From: Schizochytrium sp. TIO01
Taxonomy: Eukaryota; Protista; Bigyra: Labyrinthulomycetes
Reading direction: 5' to 3'
DNA length: 64,000 nucleotides
Assembly (NCBI GenBank): GCA_004764695.1
Contig: SMSO01000035.1
Coordinates: forward strand, 806,001-870,000
The notes beneath the pieces are model-generated. The model worked only from the letters and a program-made list of their open reading frames with translations, made no database searches and was not told the DNA's origin. Position 1 is the stretch's first letter. The number at the start of each line of letters is the position of its first letter. Positions 1 through 13,333 of the stretch are shown piece by piece. The position numbers were made by a program, and so were the translations under genes.

Positions 1-480
1 CCGGTGCCTAAGTGGTCTAAAAAGAGGCCCAGATACAGAGCCACAGGAAGTCCTCTTATCCGATGGTCACACCTGTTCCTTTAACTATGAATACTGGTAC
101 CTGCTTAGTACCTCCCGAAACGAGCCACTTGAGACTTGCCAAGATAGGAAGTCGGTGCATCTGCGATGGTTTATCTTCAACTTGGAGAGGTGAGGACTCG
201 AAAGCTTTCACGATGGAGCGAAGTTTGACACTACGTGTATTAAAATGGACAAGTTCTTCCTCTCTGAGGTTTGGTCATTCATTGTAGGTACTATTGGAGT
301 AATGTGAGTAAGATACGTTTGACTTTTTCAGATGAAATGGGGGGGCCTAACTAATACTAGTGCTACATAAGGTGTTGTAAGTAGGCACTATGGATAAAAA
401 AGATACCTAAATCGATAGTTTGTCATTTTGTTGACGAGGTGAACTAAGAACGACGAGGCCGCGCAGAAGCTTGTACGTGC

Positions 481-1437
481 ATGATGGGCGATGCTCCAGC
501 TGTGACCGTGGAGGAAGCTAAGAAGCTTTTAGAGGCTGCACAATTTTCCAAGTCACTGGCAGAGACACCAGTGTCCGGTTTTCATGTTGGTGCAGCAGCA
601 AAGGATGATCAAGGCCACGTCTACCTTGGGTTCAACGTCGAGTTCCCAGGCACCAACCTGTCGGAGACAATCCACGCAGAACACTCATGCGTGGCAACAA
701 CACGTTCCTTTTCACCTCAAAATATGCCAAAGCTGGTTGCACTTGCTGTGACTGCCAAGCCGTGTGGCCACTGCCGGCAAATGCTGATTGAGAGGTTTCC
801 TGATATTACAGTTATTATGAATCCACTACAGGGCGCGAAAAGCGATGATCCACAAATTTTGCGACTTCGTGAAGACCTCATTCCTAACCCAGTCATGTTT
901 GAGTTATTTGAAAATCCACGTGCCGAGAGTTTAAGTCAGGGAAAAGCCGCAATTTCCGATGTAGAAACCACCTCACCTATTTCACCAGAAATCATAGCGC
1001 AAGCCTTGGAGGCTATGGATACTGCTGACGGGAGCTTTTCTGGGTTTCCTTGTGCCGTTCTATTTCTGTCTGGCGATGGTGTGGTAATGGCATCTGGTGC
1101 TTGCATGGAGTCCATCGCATTTAACCCGACTCAGAGTGCTTTCCAGACAGCATACATGGCCCTGGCTGCTTCAGCACTGCCCCTGCGATGGTCTCAGACA
1201 GATGTGGTTAATTTTCAGGCCACTGATCTGCGAAAGCATTTTGCCACTATTAAGAATAGCGTGAAGCAGATCGTTTTGGTACAGTATAAAGATGCACTTG
1301 TTACAGAGGAGGCATCAATCCGTAATTGTGCCAGGCGCATTTTCAACCCTGAATGCGTGGTTGATGTGATTTCAGTTCCACCACCACCAGAGTCTTCGGC
1401 AGTGTCTGCAGAGGATTTTGCAGCGAATCATGTTTAG
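481..1437 (+). CDS. CDA: Cytidine deaminase, two-domain (homodimeric E. coli Cdd/plant-type)
   Basis: 318-aa ORF with SGFHVGAA, GFNVEF, Zn-binding HAE and PCGHCRQ motifs; second degenerate domain with GACMESIAFNPT. Confidence 0.9.
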   Translation: MMGDAPAVTVEEAKKLLEAAQFSKSLAETPVSGFHVGAAAKDDQGHVYLGFNVEFPGTNLSETIHAEHSCVATTRSFSPQNMPKLVALAVTAKPCGHCRQMLIERFPDITVIMNPLQGAKSDDPQILRLREDLIPNPVMFELFENPRAESLSQGKAAISDVETTSPISPEIIAQALEAMDTADGSFSGFPCAVLFLSGDGVVMASGACMESIAFNPTQSAFQTAYMALAASALPLRWSQTDVVNFQATDLRKHFATIKNSVKQIVLVQYKDALVTEEASIRNCARRIFNPECVVDVISVPPPPESSAVSAEDFAANHV

Positions 1438-3050
1438 ATACTGTGAAATATAGTTTGGGTAACACATGCCATTTGCCCCTTAGATGGTCCAATCATAGAA
1501 CGCATCTAGGTAGTTTTTATTGCTTGGCAACGAAAAGAGTTCCTTATTTTACCGAAAAAAAATTATGAAAGAACATAAACTCAGGTTAATAGTATAGAGG
1601 AAAAAACAGAGCCCAGTTCGTAAGCTTCTCATATGGGTATACAAGCGAGATTTTTCAGAGTTGAAATTTCAGAACAGGTATATTGCCATCGTGAAGAGCG
1701 CATGCCCACCCCATGTTGTAAATCAAAATATTAATTAAATCAGTGTTGTGGTTACGGAGGCATCACGATCAACCTGTCATTCTTCAAACCAATAAAAGAT
1801 AACACGAAATCTTGGATTTCAGGTACATTCATCAGGTTACTTCTCTTGTGTTGCTTGGAGGTGATGCTAAAGCTTGTTATTAATTCTGTGTAACTTTGGA
1901 ATGAGCATTCCTTCCCTCTTTTACCGTTGCACATCGCTGGCTATACAGAACTCTTAGGCATTCTTGCACCATGAAAAATAAACAAAAATTATTACCATCC
2001 AAATCAGACAAAGAGATGAACCAAAAGAGGGAATAGAGAGAGAAGCAGTACTTTGGTGCCGCCAACTCTCCTTTGCTCGACTGCTGTATGTGCCTTGTGT
2101 TGAATTCCCCTGAACTGGTTTTGGAGAGAATTTTAGGGATTCCCAAGCACGCTGTAATAATTACTAACATAACATAGTGTACATGGTGGCACCTACGTAT
2201 CACCTTTACCAAAATTTGTCCTCAACGAAACTAAGTTCTCAACATTCGTCTGCCTCTGCGATCGATGAATGGTGCGTTGGCTTTGTTTTGATTTTCGGAG
2301 GTGCGAGTAATCAACTCAAAGCTGAGCATGTGACTAGCTGGTTATCTAAGCAGTTCGCTAGCACCGGGTGCGTAAGTGAGTGAGTAGGTTACTGCGTACG
2401 TCACGGTATTTAGAAAAAAGTTAAATTTAAAAATTAGACTTTAAAATTAAGAAGAAGAGTGAAAGGAGGATGAAACCAAACTGATTGAAAATGAAAAGAA
2501 TGAACGTTCCTCATACGCCTATGATGATAAATACCAAAAGGTGCGTCTCGAAATAAGCTACGCTTGACTCTGCAAGATGCTAAAAATGAGCCCTCTCGAT
2601 GTGCTTTTCTCCAGCGCAAGCTCCTGTGACTCCCCGCCTAAAGGGGTTGGGTTGAGTGAGCATGAGTAGTTCTGCTGATTGAGAACTAACTATCTGTAAG
2701 GATGAGTGAGACTTCGTCCGGGTCAACGCGAAGATAAATAAATAACGACCGCCGCCAATCCACAGCACGCCGGAATGAATGAAGAAGAGTCGAGAGATGT
2801 CATCGCCGTGGCTGAAGAGGCATTTTTCAGGGCAGAGGTATCAATGCAGAAGCCAAGCTGAAGAAGAAGAAGAAGAAGAAGCAGAGATAGAAGAGATCAT
2901 CATCATCATAAGAGGTAAGGAAACATAAGTTGTAGTTTTTGAGGAGGGAGGCGAAGGATGCGATATTTATCTAGAGGTAGGTATGTAAGTAAGTCGGGGA
3001 GAGAAAGAAGCACACAATATACAGTCACGTCTGGGCTTTCTCCACTCCGC

Positions 3051-4735
<1,685 letters not shown>

Positions 4736-5352
4736 AGTGTTGATCTGTATTTGTAAATCAATAAAACCAAAAATCGACTGTGCCAATAACACGCTTCATT
4801 TCTTTTTGTCTTTTTTCTTTTCTATTTCTTCTATTCATCTATTTCTTGTTATCTCTTGTCGCATCTTTTCCGCCTTTGCCGTCCTCCATGACGACACAGA
4901 CACGTCTACCGCCACTTGGTGCAATTAGCTCTTCTACTGTTCTGTGAAGGACACCGGCAACCCATTCACTAGATAAGAGGAAAGTAGACGAGGTCTGCTC
5001 CTTCAGTTTCTTCAGAATGCTCGTGCTTCCTACTGTATTGGATGGAGCAAGCAAGTAGGCATGATGACATCTAAATCGTTTCTCAACGTGGGCATATTGT
5101 GGAGTGAGTGTGACAACAGTAAATAACTCTCCCTTATTCTGAGAGTGAATCATTCTTTTGCTTCATGTCAGTTTCCTACTCATTATTTCCTGTAAGCCAT
5201 GAAGTGGTATGGACAAAGTAGAGGAGAGTTTATTGAAAGGCCGAGGCCAAACTTGGAATTCAGTCGTTTATAACTACATTATCCATACACGCTTCACACC
5301 TGGGTACTGTATTCCATTGCGTGTGCAAGCTACGGGCTTGATGATGGTCTGC

Positions 5353-8300
5353 TCATGTCAACTCAAAACCTGCACCGGAGTGAATGGCAGTGAGCAGCTT
5401 ATCTTTCATTACCTTGGATGAGGAGTACGTAGGGAGCTTGAGGACATTAAAGCATGTGGAGGCCGAAGGAAGAGCCTCGTCATCAGAACTGATAGAGACT
5501 TTTTGCAAAGTAAACGGAGGACTTAAGGTACTGAAACCGAGCAACGGGGCACGTTCACAACTTGTTACAAAACGTAAGAGTCGCGCTTGATCTTCTGCAG
5601 GTAACTCGGCAAATATTTTCCAGAAGCGCGAGACTGTTCGATCCATACCATGAAAACCATTCGCGTATGAAGTATGTCTTCGAAGGTCCTCCAGACTAAA
5701 TTTACCTACGGCGCCAGAAATAAGGGTTTGAAGTTCAGGCTCGGAGAACATCCGAACCCAATTCGGGTTGATGAGCTGCGAAAATCCTCGCATGAAGGCT
5801 TGGCTCTGCGCCTGGGTACGCACGTTCAAGTAATAGTTCGCCATTAGATGCACGTATCGGTACTTGTTGTGCGAGGTAACGTCCAAGTTTCGCCCTCCAG
5901 GAATCAAATCTACCTCACGCTGCTCACCCAGATCGTCTTCTGTCACTGAAAAGGTCAAACTTAAATCGCGTACATCGCCATCAAATGTCTTCAGGAAAGT
6001 GAGGTTGCGATACAACTCTACATCAAGTGACGGCAAATCTCCAATAGAGGACATTCGCTTCAATAGTTTTGACAAGAAAAACCGCGCAAATCGAGGTTGA
6101 ATGACAATCTCCTCGTACAGGGCTTTGCCCACAATGCAACCCAGGAACTCAAACAGCGCTAAATGATCACGTTCAACAATGCCCGACCGGGGATTGGGAT
6201 ACAAAAGTTGATCATCGGTCGTGGCAAATAAGCCGTAGCTGCTGTTGAAGGCAACACCACTCAATGTCGTCCAAAACTCTTTAAAGAGTCCACCCGCATC
6301 AATGCCAGTCTCTTCCATTCCAGCATCATTAACAAATACAACGTACAGGCGACCTTTTAATCGTGGACCGAGGCGTGAGAGATGGCGAAAACCATCCTCT
6401 AGAATGTTTGAGCGACGTACAGTAAAGCGGAAGGAACTTCCATCACGAGGCTGATGTGCTGCTCGATCAGCGGCAATGATTTTTTGGAACATTCTCACAC
6501 GCTCAGCAAATGGAATGCCAAATGCCATGTCACGAACGAGCTGTTGACGTTGATCTTCAGAGACAGAGCGACCAAGTGCGTAGACACCATCTTTAAAATT
6601 AAGTTGTGGAACAAGCCAAACCTTGGTTTCGCAGAGAGGCCGCCGTGAGTGTCGCTCATACAAGGTCGCCAGCAGGGATGTTGCTGCAGGTGTAAGACTT
6701 TCGCCCATGCTTGTTGTATAGCTAGGTGCATCTGTAGATATAATAGAATGAAAAAGTTTCTGCTTGAGCTCTAGGACAAGGCTTTCAATGTCGTTCCGGT
6801 GTAAAGGTACATGCATTTCATACAATTCAGCGTCATCAGCAATGAGCAAACGATGGTGCAAAATAGAGCAAAGCACTAACAAGACTGATTGTGCACGCGA
6901 GTCGAGCTTTTCGAAATCTCGTGCACTTTGATGTCCAGGAATTGATTGATACAGAGCCCAAAGTTGTGTGGGCACCTCTCCATCAACAAAGCTCAACGCA
7001 TTGAGAAACCCCAGAGTAAATGGATTGGCGCCTTTGGGGGGCCACATCCAAAGGAAAATTGCAATTGCTCGTGCCCAATGCAACGCTAATTCAGGTGAAG
7101 CTTGACCCTTAATTGTTGATTTAGAGCGCGAAGAAAGTCTTTCTACACTTGATGTCCCTGACCCGCTCGAGGCTGGGCGGCCTTCCTTTGTATCTGTGCT
7201 CAATGCCATTTCTGCTAAATTCCGAGAAACTTCTGTCGTGTTACGCAAACCACCTGGGCCACGCGCACCTGCATGTGAACTGGGCGAACGTCTAGAGCCG
7301 ATCATGCGGCTCCATGAGGAGGAAGCCCACGCATCTTTAACTCTGTCGATCACACTCTTGCTAGCCGCGGACTTGAGACTAGGCTCAGTTAGCGATTTGT
7401 TCTCCAGTGATTTGGCTTTGGACTCCCATGTACGGTCGTTGGCTTGTCGACGTTCATCCAGTTGAGACTCACTGAGAACATGAGTGCAATGTTTGGTCAA
7501 GTATCTACAAAGCTCGAGTCTCTGCAGCTGGAAGAGTTGGGCACGAAGGCAACTGTTCATAGCAATGCAGCGGCCATCTCCAAGCCACACCACACTCATT
7601 TGCCCTCCAAATGTTTGAGGAACGCTGAGAAGGAGGTTTCCGAGCCTGATGAGTGCGCTTTGAAGCCATGACGGGGCTTTGCTACGATCGACGGTCATGG
7701 CGTATGTAATGAGACTAAGCAAGTTACCAAGCAAATACAATTCACACGGCACTCCTTCGGGCCCAAGACCAAGAGAACTCTGCGAGTTCAGAGCATCCTC
7801 AATGAGTTTCTCACGCTCTCCTATAATGTCAAAGTTAATACAATATTCTAGTACAGCAATACTCAACACGTGAAGGGATCCACGTGCGGCAATCTCCTTA
7901 TCTGGGGAGCTTTCTAGTACATCAAGGCATGCGGCCACCCAGGCAGTGGTTTTCTCACGCCGGTCCGCTGGCCACCGATATTCATCAGTCGGGAGCCCAA
8001 GCTTGCATAACGCAAACGCTAGGTTCTGGACCATTACAGGGACAAGGCGACGATGTGACGCGGGATGCGCATACAGCAACGCCTCCAGGGTCTTCAAGAG
8101 AACCTCCGGTGCGCGTAGTGAAAATGCCGCAGCGGCAAGGTTTTTGACAAATCTGTCTAGGCGAGTATTGTTGAGTTCCAGTTTTGGGGTTTCTGAAGAC
8201 GTAGTTTTGAGAGACTTGTGGCACAGTTCTGCTAAGCAAATAAGCGCTGCATCATCTTTGCGAGGTTTGTAAAACGCGTTGAGTTGAAGCACTAGTGCAT

Positions 8301-8592
8301 CGAGTGTTGGAGCAGGTGCCACGAACTCCCGCCCTGCACTGGCGAGAACTTGCTTCACCTTTTCGATATCATCCTGCTTCCGAGAAAAATCTTCTCGCAA
8401 AGTTCTTTCCAGCTGCCGCCTCGCGAGCCACCCTCGAATAGTACTTTGGATGCGGACCGTCACTCCAGCTTGTTCTCTTTCCTGCGCTCTAGCTTCGCGT
8501 TTAGCTCTCGCTTTCGCCACAACATCCTCGCGGCTCACGCCTGAACGACCTCCCCTATTCCGCCCTGAGCCGCCAAAATCTCCTGAAAACAT
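5353..8592 (-). CDS. IQ-motif HECT E3 ubiquitin ligase (UBE3B/UBE3C/UPL6-like)
   Basis: 1079 aa; N-terminal IQSTIRGWLARR IQ motif; HECT motifs GIDAGGLFKEF, LLRFVTSCERAP and catalytic LPSASTCFNVLKLP; ends AGFELT. Confidence 0.95.
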   Translation of the reverse strand: MFSGDFGGSGRNRGGRSGVSREDVVAKARAKREARAQEREQAGVTVRIQSTIRGWLARRQLERTLREDFSRKQDDIEKVKQVLASAGREFVAPAPTLDALVLQLNAFYKPRKDDAALICLAELCHKSLKTTSSETPKLELNNTRLDRFVKNLAAAAFSLRAPEVLLKTLEALLYAHPASHRRLVPVMVQNLAFALCKLGLPTDEYRWPADRREKTTAWVAACLDVLESSPDKEIAARGSLHVLSIAVLEYCINFDIIGEREKLIEDALNSQSSLGLGPEGVPCELYLLGNLLSLITYAMTVDRSKAPSWLQSALIRLGNLLLSVPQTFGGQMSVVWLGDGRCIAMNSCLRAQLFQLQRLELCRYLTKHCTHVLSESQLDERRQANDRTWESKAKSLENKSLTEPSLKSAASKSVIDRVKDAWASSSWSRMIGSRRSPSSHAGARGPGGLRNTTEVSRNLAEMALSTDTKEGRPASSGSGTSSVERLSSRSKSTIKGQASPELALHWARAIAIFLWMWPPKGANPFTLGFLNALSFVDGEVPTQLWALYQSIPGHQSARDFEKLDSRAQSVLLVLCSILHHRLLIADDAELYEMHVPLHRNDIESLVLELKQKLFHSIISTDAPSYTTSMGESLTPAATSLLATLYERHSRRPLCETKVWLVPQLNFKDGVYALGRSVSEDQRQQLVRDMAFGIPFAERVRMFQKIIAADRAAHQPRDGSSFRFTVRRSNILEDGFRHLSRLGPRLKGRLYVVFVNDAGMEETGIDAGGLFKEFWTTLSGVAFNSSYGLFATTDDQLLYPNPRSGIVERDHLALFEFLGCIVGKALYEEIVIQPRFARFFLSKLLKRMSSIGDLPSLDVELYRNLTFLKTFDGDVRDLSLTFSVTEDDLGEQREVDLIPGGRNLDVTSHNKYRYVHLMANYYLNVRTQAQSQAFMRGFSQLINPNWVRMFSEPELQTLISGAVGKFSLEDLRRHTSYANGFHGMDRTVSRFWKIFAELPAEDQARLLRFVTSCERAPLLGFSTLSPPFTLQKVSISSDDEALPSASTCFNVLKLPTYSSSKVMKDKLLTAIHSGAGFELT

Positions 8593-11462
8593 CGCTTCCC
8601 AGGCCCCGCAAGGTGCGTCTGCATCTCAATCCCTTTCGCAGCGCAGATCAACAAATGAAGATCCCCGCTTTCTTCGAATTCATTCCTTCTTTGCGTGTAG
8701 GTAGCTATCATAAACACGTTGTAATGGATCTTGAGACGCGGCAAAAAGGCCGTTTCTAAGAGTCCACTTGCAATGTTGTATTTGTTGCATTTGTAGACCT
8801 TTAACTCTACTTGTGCACACCCTATACTCTACTTTGTAGATGTAGCAATTAAATCAAAAAGCAGAAAGAAAGCCGTCCTGGTAGTAGTAGCCTAGTAGTG
8901 ATAAAAAGTGCTTGATGTAAAGAACTCTGGCTCGGAAGAATTTCTATGAGGTTCACTATCTAGGAACCCGCTGCGATTGTCGTTTATCGTTCAGATCATC
9001 GATCGCTCGACGTATTCCTCAGCAAGGCTCAATGGCACTTTCATGTCCATCTACGTTGAAGTCCGTGAACACTGGTAGCTAACATTTCCCTATGCCAAGA
9101 TTGAGTTGTATTGAAATGAGCACTTACATAGATGTAATGAAGATGTAGCCTAATTAGTTTGCTCGACTGGTGCACTACTGTTATCGTCGCCAAGGCTAAA
9201 CAGAGACATAGCCGAGGCCATATATTGCCCGTTCTATGCTTTGTAGATTATCATTCTGTATGGTATCGACACCAGCAATGAGGCTGCTGGGATGCAGCGT
9301 AATGCTAATGCTTTTGGCAAGCTGAAAGAAGCGCTGGAAGATAGAGCAAAACACAGGTTGACCTGAAGATTGCTGTTTATTCTTAGTGGCATACATAGAC
9401 AATACTTCGTCCACCGTGCTCGTAGACCTAGAAGCCACCCATCTTCACTACCTAAAGCTACTACCTACTACCTAGTGTTAATAGGAAGCTATACTAGTTA
9501 GTACACAAATTAGAGTTGATGTTTGCGTGTCCTTCATGGTTTTTACTCTTATGGATTACTTTGAGCCCCAATCTGCAAAAATTTTTTACATTCATTTGTA
9601 GTATGCTCCCAGCTCTATCTGGTGGTAGTAATTTTAGAGCACTCGTCTAGAGGTTAGCTTGTCAACGTTGCTCAGCAGAGAGTGATCTTGCACAGGATAC
9701 CACCGTTTACGAGATAGGACGAACACAGTCAATTGAAAAATTTTCAATATATTCTGAGAACTAAGGCCCTTTCTCTTCCAAATAGCTTACGTTCATTTCT
9801 TACTATTGAAATTTTGTCTTTCTTTAGAGCTTCAATCACCAAAAACTGAGAGCTGCAACAGAAGTCCGCGCTGGCACATATCTTCATCCTCCCCTAACTT
9901 TACTTTAACAAATCAAGAAAATCAAGTCTTCTGGTTCCAAAATGGCTTTTATTTTAATGGCCTCCAGATATACTATATTTAGAACTAGGTCTAGTGCTTC
10001 GGGTCTCGCTCGATAGACTATCCGGCACTAGCACCACCATCACAGTACAATAGACGAAGTTGCATTCGATCTTTGCATTCGTACTTTGAAACCCCTGGTA
10101 GGAGTATTGAAGGGGGACTCACGGGTGTCTTGATGTTCTTTCCTTTGTTGCAATGCGCTGTCGATGCTTCACAAATCACGACAGCCATTAGATTCTTGCC
10201 AGAATCGATTCAATAACCTCTCGGCACGCACCCGCTCGCTGACCGAATTAACATAAATAAGGGGCTTTATCTACAAAATTTTAATTTTAACAAATAAGAG
10301 AGAAAAGAAAGACCTTCGGTATCACCTCAATCGCATCCTCAATTTGAAGCCACCCACTCACAGTCGTAGACACGCCCCTCTCCTCTTTGGATGGATGCCA
10401 GCTCAATTATGGTCTCGGCTTGTTCGATTGCAAAACCAAGAATGATGTGTGCCTTTCTGCAACTGCCTCTTCGCTAGCCTGTGGTTTGATCATGAGTTCA
10501 CGAGATCTGATACAATCATTATTTCTGCGGCGTACGTATAATGTTTTATGCACATGGTTCTGTTGATCCCTCCTGTTAAGATGATTCTCATTCATCTTCA
10601 TCACCATGGAAGGGACGACAGCCTGTCATAACTATCCCTATTTATACAACCAGTGCAAAACAAGGATTGAGCTGCTTTGTGCCCCCACTCTGCATGTACC
10701 TGCATCCAATGAAAGTCAAGAAATCTCAGCCTATTCCGTGAGATCCTCAATAAACATAACCAGTGCTATTCTCACCTTCTTTCTCATTTCTTGAACACAC
10801 GGTCTTCAAGAGCCAAGTGCCTCCGCGCCGCCAAGCAACAAGCACGCTGGCAGCTTAAAAGAACGGCTGGAGGGAATCAGCAGCACTGGCGGCGGCAGCA
10901 GTGACGACGGTGCCAAAAGTAAAAGTCGAAGTGACACTAGAAGTGAGAACAGCAGAGGAAATAGTAGAACTTGCAGAAGAAGTGCTCGTCGAGGCGATCG
11001 AGGTGCCGAGATTCATTCTGTGATTTTTTTTCTTCCTCACTACTACTAAGTGTTTTTTTTGTTTGTTTTTTCTGCGTTTGTTCGCTTGCTTGCTTGCTTG
11101 TTTATTTGTTTGTTTGTCTGTTTGTTGGCTGTTTGTCAGTTCGCTCTTTTCTTCCTTTCCAAGGGTTTGGCTGCTTCTTCGGCTTAACTTGCATACTCTG
11201 TTACCTTCAAGTTGCGTACTTTGCCTTCTTTCGCTTTCTTCCACATATTTACGCTTAAGCAAGCAACCTAGAGTATTTCTTAGGTTCCTGTATATTCCTA
11301 CGGCACATTGATCTGCTGGCGTGTAGAACCTTGACTACCCAAGGTGCTGCAAGCAGTACCCATACTTCGACCTCACTTTAGCGTTGGTGCTCTTGCCCAG
11401 AAACTTCTCTGTCTGCATTCCACGGTAGCTCGTTCACGCGCCTGTGTCAAACGTCTTTCAAG

Positions 11463-12581
11463 ATGAGCGAAGGTGCTCCTGGAACTGGCACTGTGGCTCC
11501 TCGCCGTCGCCAGAGCAGCGGCATGCCGGGTCCCAAGGTGCTCGTGCTGTACGTTGGTGGTACCATCGGTATGACGGAAGATGAAAAGGGATCCCTCAAG
11601 CCTTGCCCTGGATACCTGACCAACGAGCTTGCCAACATGCCTGAGATGACCGCCGACGACATGCCCAGTGTTGTGGTCAAGGAGTATGATACTCTCATCG
11701 ATTCGTCGGACATGGACTCCAGTGACTGGTCAAAGATTGTTGAGGATATCGAGGCCGACTACTACAACTACGATGGCTTCGTTGTACTTCAGGGCACCGA
11801 CACCATGGCCTACTCTGCCAGTGCTCTCTCCTTCATGCTTGAAAACCTTGGAAAGCCCGTCGTTCTCACTGGCTCCATGATCCCGCTCATCAAGGGGTAC
11901 AGCGACGCTCGCCGCAATCTTCTCATGGCAATCTTCATCGCCGGCACCTCTTGCATTCCGGAGGTCTGCATCTTCTTCTTTGACAAACTTCTCCGCGGCA
12001 ACCGCAGCAAGAAGCTCGACACCCAATCCCTTGACGCCTTTCAGTCGCCTAACTTTGGAGCACTTGCCAGTGTTGGCGTCGGCATCCAGTACCACGAGAA
12101 CTTTCACCTCGACCCGCCTAAGAAGCCCTTCCGTACTCACAAGGGCATGGACCGCGGTATTGCTGTAATCCGCATGATTCCTGGCTTTGATGACGAAATT
12201 TTCCACGCTCTTAAGGGCCTTAGCTCGCTCAAGGCCATCGTTGTGGAGCTCTACGGTACTGGCAATGCCCCCAGTCGCAAGAAGAGCCTCCTTGACGCCC
12301 TTGAGGCTCTCATTGCTGCTGGTAAGCTTGTTGTCGTCGTCTCGCAGTGCCCTACTGGTCACGTCGACCTTCTTGCTTACGCCGTTGGCCGCCGCCTTGC
12401 AGAATCGGGATGCCTTTCTGGTCATGACATGACTGTTGAGGCTGTGGCTGCCAAACTTAGTTACCTCTTTGGACGGGGCCTTTCCCCTGCCATGGTCCGC
12501 GACCGACTTTCTCTCAGCCTTCGTGGTGAGCTCACGACCTCTTCGGAACGTCGTGCTCCTCACTTGCCCTCTCCTCTTTAA
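11463..12581 (+). CDS. L-asparaginase type I (AnsA-like, cytosolic, no ankyrin repeats)
   Basis: 372 aa; GGTIGM, DSSDM, GTDTMAY, KPVVLTGS, YGTGNAP, SQC and DMTVEA motifs. Confidence 0.93.
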   Translation: MSEGAPGTGTVAPRRRQSSGMPGPKVLVLYVGGTIGMTEDEKGSLKPCPGYLTNELANMPEMTADDMPSVVVKEYDTLIDSSDMDSSDWSKIVEDIEADYYNYDGFVVLQGTDTMAYSASALSFMLENLGKPVVLTGSMIPLIKGYSDARRNLLMAIFIAGTSCIPEVCIFFFDKLLRGNRSKKLDTQSLDAFQSPNFGALASVGVGIQYHENFHLDPPKKPFRTHKGMDRGIAVIRMIPGFDDEIFHALKGLSSLKAIVVELYGTGNAPSRKKSLLDALEALIAAGKLVVVVSQCPTGHVDLLAYAVGRRLAESGCLSGHDMTVEAVAAKLSYLFGRGLSPAMVRDRLSLSLRGELTTSSERRAPHLPSPL

Positions 12582-13333
12582 GTTAGCTTCTTTTTTTCAG
12601 AGGGAAGTTTTCGCTCGCTTAAGCACGGCTTTCATCTGTGAACCATGCAAACCCTCATACTACGAAGGAACAATCCTACATTCGTGTTCCTACTATACTG
12701 ATCATTGGCTCTGGCTGGAACAACTTCGTGTGCTTTCTAGTGCCTTCCTTCTTATACTTCTCGAGAACATCGAAGAAAGAGTCGCACGAAGTCTGTGCCT
12801 TGCTAGTTGCACATGTTTAGAGCATGGTCAATGTTTTCTCACGATCAGAACTTCCTCTTTAAATTGCATTGAATTACCCTATAATTTCCAAATATGTATT
12901 TGCTTTTCCGAAATATCATCTTTGTTTTTTTTTTTCGCATCTAAATTTGCTTTCATGTTGACAGGGGTCTTTCCTTCAGCAACGTCAAGGCATTAATGGT
13001 GTCGTGAGTACAATGAAGATGTAACTTATGAGATAATCATATCTTGTGTTAGTTTCATTCTATAATTTCTGCAATATTTGAAGATGGCTCTTATAAAACT
13101 ACCGACGTAGACATCGTTTGAGTCATATTTTCCTTGCATAGTGACTGTGATAAGAACTGTGCAAAAGTCCTTCCATATAAATGGATCACTGGGCATGTTT
13201 TAATCGCTGGGTCTTTCTTGGAGCAAGATATATTGTTGTTCTAATTCTCACAAGTTTAATACACGTTTCAGTGAGGATACAGGGAGAAATTAGTCTAACA
13301 GGACTGAAAATACTATGATGTTGTTGCACATAC

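Noticed and set aside
1-80. GTGCCTAAGTGGTCTAA resembles a tRNA D-arm/A-box
   Set aside because: No T-arm (GTTCRA) or acceptor stem follows.
8760-10800. Short ORFs in the intergenic region; likewise 15.2-19.2 kb, 24-25.6 kb and 35.6-39 kb
   Set aside because: Trial translations of parts of these regions gave no recognisable motif; decayed genes cannot be excluded without a search.
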